64,000 bases of DNA from Bugula neritina. Taxonomy: Eukaryota; Animalia; Bryozoa. Under the pieces are notes generated by a model. That model made no database searches and had not been told where the DNA came from. It worked only from the letters and a program-made list of their open reading frames with translations. The position numbers and the translations under genes are program-made. This document shows, one piece after another, positions 61,232 to 64,000 of the stretch. Position 1 is the stretch's first letter. Each line of letters opens with the position of its first letter. The stretch is from contig OZ037773.1 in NCBI GenBank assembly GCA_964035545.1, forward strand, positions 10,507,751 to 10,571,750, given 5' to 3'.

Positions 61232-63438
61232 ATGGTGACTGGTATATCTCATCTCCTACTCCTAGGTAAGTTATTATAAACTTACTCATAGGTAAGTTAT
61301 TATACACTTACTCTTAGGTAAGTTATTATAAACTTACTCCTAGGTAAGTTATTATACACTTACTCTTAGGTAAGTTATTATACACCTACTCCTAGGTAAG
61401 TTATTATAAACTTACTCATAGGTAAGTTATTATACACTTACTCTTAGGTAAGTTATTATAAACTTACTCATAGGTAAGTTATTATACACTTACTCTTAGG
61501 TAAGTTATTATACACTTACTCCTAGGTAAGTTATTATACACTTACTCCTAGGTAAGATATTATATACTTACTCGTAGGTAAGTAGTTGGAGTTGTGTCAA
61601 CCTAGCCTGAGTTATGTTAGCAGCAATGTATGACGAAACAGAAGTTGTGTTACCAGAGTTTGTAGCCTAGCAGAGTTGTGTTCTCAGCTGTGAATAACCT
61701 AGTTGGAGTTTTATTGCCACTATTTGGTAGGTTTGCTGTTTCCTGGGCCCGTGCAGCTGCTCAAGTGTTATACGTGTGACAGCAGAGACAACAGTAGATG
61801 TCTAGACAGTTATATTCCGTACTCTTTTCACAAAGAGTCATGTCCGGTTGATCCTCATCAACATGTTGGCTGTTCCAAGAAGAAACAGAGTCTGCGGGTG
61901 TCTGGTATTCATACTTCTACAGGTATTCATATTCTACAGGTATTCATAGTCTACAGGTATTCATACTTCTACAGGTATTCATACTCTACAGGTATTCATA
62001 TTCTACAGGTATTCATATTCTACAGGTATTCATACTTCTACAGGTATTCATACTCTACAGGTATTCATATTCTAGAGGTATTCATATTCTACAGGTATTC
62101 ATATTCTACAGGTATTCATATTCTACAGGTATTCATACTCTACAGGTATTCATATTCTACAGGTATTCATATTCTACAGGTATTCATATTCTACAGGTAT
62201 TCATATTCTACAGGTATTCATATTCTACAGGTATGCATGTTCTACAGGTATTCATATTCTACAGGTATTCATATTCTACAGGTATTCATATTCTACAGGT
62301 ATTCATACTCTACAGGTATTCATACTCTACAGGTATTCATATTCTACAGGTATTATATAATGTTGTAGTTTGGCGAGGTTGTAATTGGGTGTACAACAAC
62401 AGCCACTGTCTGCATGGAGATAGACTTAGAGAGGAAGTAGAACAGGATTCTGGGACAGTGGCTACCATCTTCACATGGACATGTTCTTGTACATCAGCTG
62501 ACTATTGTAATGGTTCAGCTACCAGCTCCGTGATGTTACTTCCTCTGATAGCAGGTGTTTATATACCGTATGCTGCGTATATATTACTATTATACTTTGT
62601 GTAATATATTACTAGTATACTCTGTGTAATATATTACTAGTATACTCTGTGTAATATATTACTAGTATACTGTATATATTACTAGTAAACTGTATATATT
62701 ACTAGTATACTGTATATATTACTAGTATACTGTATATATTACTAGTATACTGTGTATATTACTAGTATACTGTATATATTACTAGTATACTGTATATATT
62801 ACTAGTATACTCTGTGTAATATATTACTAGTATACTGTATATATTACTAGTATACTCTGTGTAATATATTACTAGTATACTGTATATATTACTAGTATAC
62901 TGTATATATTACTAGTATACTCTGTGTAATATATTACTAGTATACTGTATATATTACTAGTATACTGTATATATTACTAGTATACTGTGTATATTACTAG
63001 TATACTGTGTATATTACTAGTATACTGTGTATATTACTAGTATACTGTATATATTACTAGTATACTCTGTGTAATATATTACTAGTATACTGTATATATT
63101 ACTAGTATACTGTATATATTACTAGTGTACTGTATATATTACTAGTGTACTGTATATATTACTAGTATACTGGATATATTACTAGTATACTGTGTATATT
63201 ACTAGTATACTGTATATATTACTAGTATACTGTATATATTACTAGTATACTGTATATATTACTACTGTACTGTATATATTACTAGTATACTGGATATATT
63301 ACTAGTATACTGTGTATATTACTAGTATACTGTATATATTACTAGTATACTGTATATATTACTAGTATACTGTATATATTACTACTGTACTGTGTATTTG
63401 CAGGAATCTGGGTGACTAATATGCTGTTTGGAATATAA
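61232..63438 (+). CDS. Ly6/uPAR three-finger, GPI-anchored protein (quiver/sleepless-like)
   Basis: Exons 61232-61265, 61731-61922, 62369-62554, 63404-63438. Signal peptide, LKCYTCDS...C, CSKKK...VWRGC, CSCTSADYCN, then hydrophobic tail MLLPLIAGIWVTNMLFGI*. Confidence 0.85.
61255..61582. repeat. 26-bp minisatellite containing the 5' splice site (about 12 copies)
   Basis: Unit TACTCCTAG|GTAAGTTATTATACACT. Confidence 0.95.
61905..62352. repeat. 17-18-bp GT...AG minisatellite making up nearly the whole intron (about 25 copies)
   Basis: (GTATTCATATTCTACAG)n. Confidence 0.95.
62575..63392. repeat. 20/25-bp intronic minisatellite (Ly6 gene, last intron)
   Basis: (TATATTACTAGTATACTGTA)n. Confidence 0.95.
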
Positions 63439-63773
63439 TTTGGCACACACAAACCTCTGGAATTATAAATGATGTCACGAATATATTTATTCATCACAGG
63501 ACATGTTATACAGTTGAATGATAGAGATACAGTGATTTCAGTTCACTAGAGACATTAGCCATCTAACTGAAAGTTACATAATGCTTTCTCTGCTAGCTTT
63601 TGCAGTAATAATGCTATAATATAACATAATTTTAAATTAATTTTTTAAGAATTTACAGAAAAGCCAGTATCCTTTTCTCTTATAAAGACTTTCATTTCTT
63701 GATTCTCTTTTATTGTTAAAACAACATTTCTTGGAGCTTCTATTTTCTATTGAGTGTAATTTATTAATAAAAT

Positions 63774-63962
63774 TACTGAAAGCCAAGCCTGTGGTATGTA
63801 GGCTGTAGCCTGGGGTGTCTGTTGAATACCAACTGTGTGTGTGAAGACTAGTGAGGTTCCCAGGGTTTGTGTCCCTTCTTGCATGAGGAATTTGAAGGGG
63901 AATACTTGGTTGGGAATAAGACAGATGTGCAAGTCCTTGTCCCTCATTCTTCTCAAGTATTT
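63774..63962 (-). CDS. Possible internal exon of a gene entering from beyond the window
   Basis: Block that is GC-richer than its flanks, bounded by TTTTAG and GTAATT on the minus strand, with two open frames. No recognisable homology. Confidence 0.25.
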
Positions 63963-64000
63963 CTAAAATAATGACTTTTTACGGTACAAAACTAGCTTTT

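Noticed and set aside
46552-63438. Functional linkage between the K2P channel and the quiver-like Ly6 gene
   Set aside because: Quiver/sleepless is known to regulate Shaker and nicotinic receptors, not K2P channels; proximity in an animal genome is not evidence.

Overview
AT-rich, intron-dense animal (invertebrate) genomic DNA; the species cannot be determined from the sequence alone. Most short ORFs in the supplied track are repeat artefacts. The real genes are spliced, and I rebuilt them by hand from GT-AG sites and reading-frame phase. In order: (1) two tandem paralogous ankyrin-repeat genes with a degenerate SOCS-box-like C-terminus (- strand); (2) a tandem cluster of six secreted, probably GPI- or membrane-anchored, highly atypical C-type-lectin-fold genes (+); (3) Claspin (-), head-to-head with a PWWP + integrase-binding-domain gene of the LEDGF/HDGFL2 family (+); (4) a THIK-like two-pore K+ channel (+); (5) Ero1 (-); (6) a Ly6/three-finger quiver/sleepless-like gene (+). 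Also present are a tRNA-derived SINE with a 13-bp target-site duplication, several MITE-like or foldback elements, two abutting perfect palindromes, and a very high density of minisatellites. The most striking pattern: in about 15 cases across most genes, the intronic minisatellite is a tandem amplification of that intron's own exon-intron junction. These arrays hold up to about 25 near-identical decoy splice sites, and wherever frame could be tested the exon-proximal copy keeps it. The second candidate system is the atypical lectin-fold cluster, whose two youngest copies differ mainly in one short patch at the predicted ligand-binding face.
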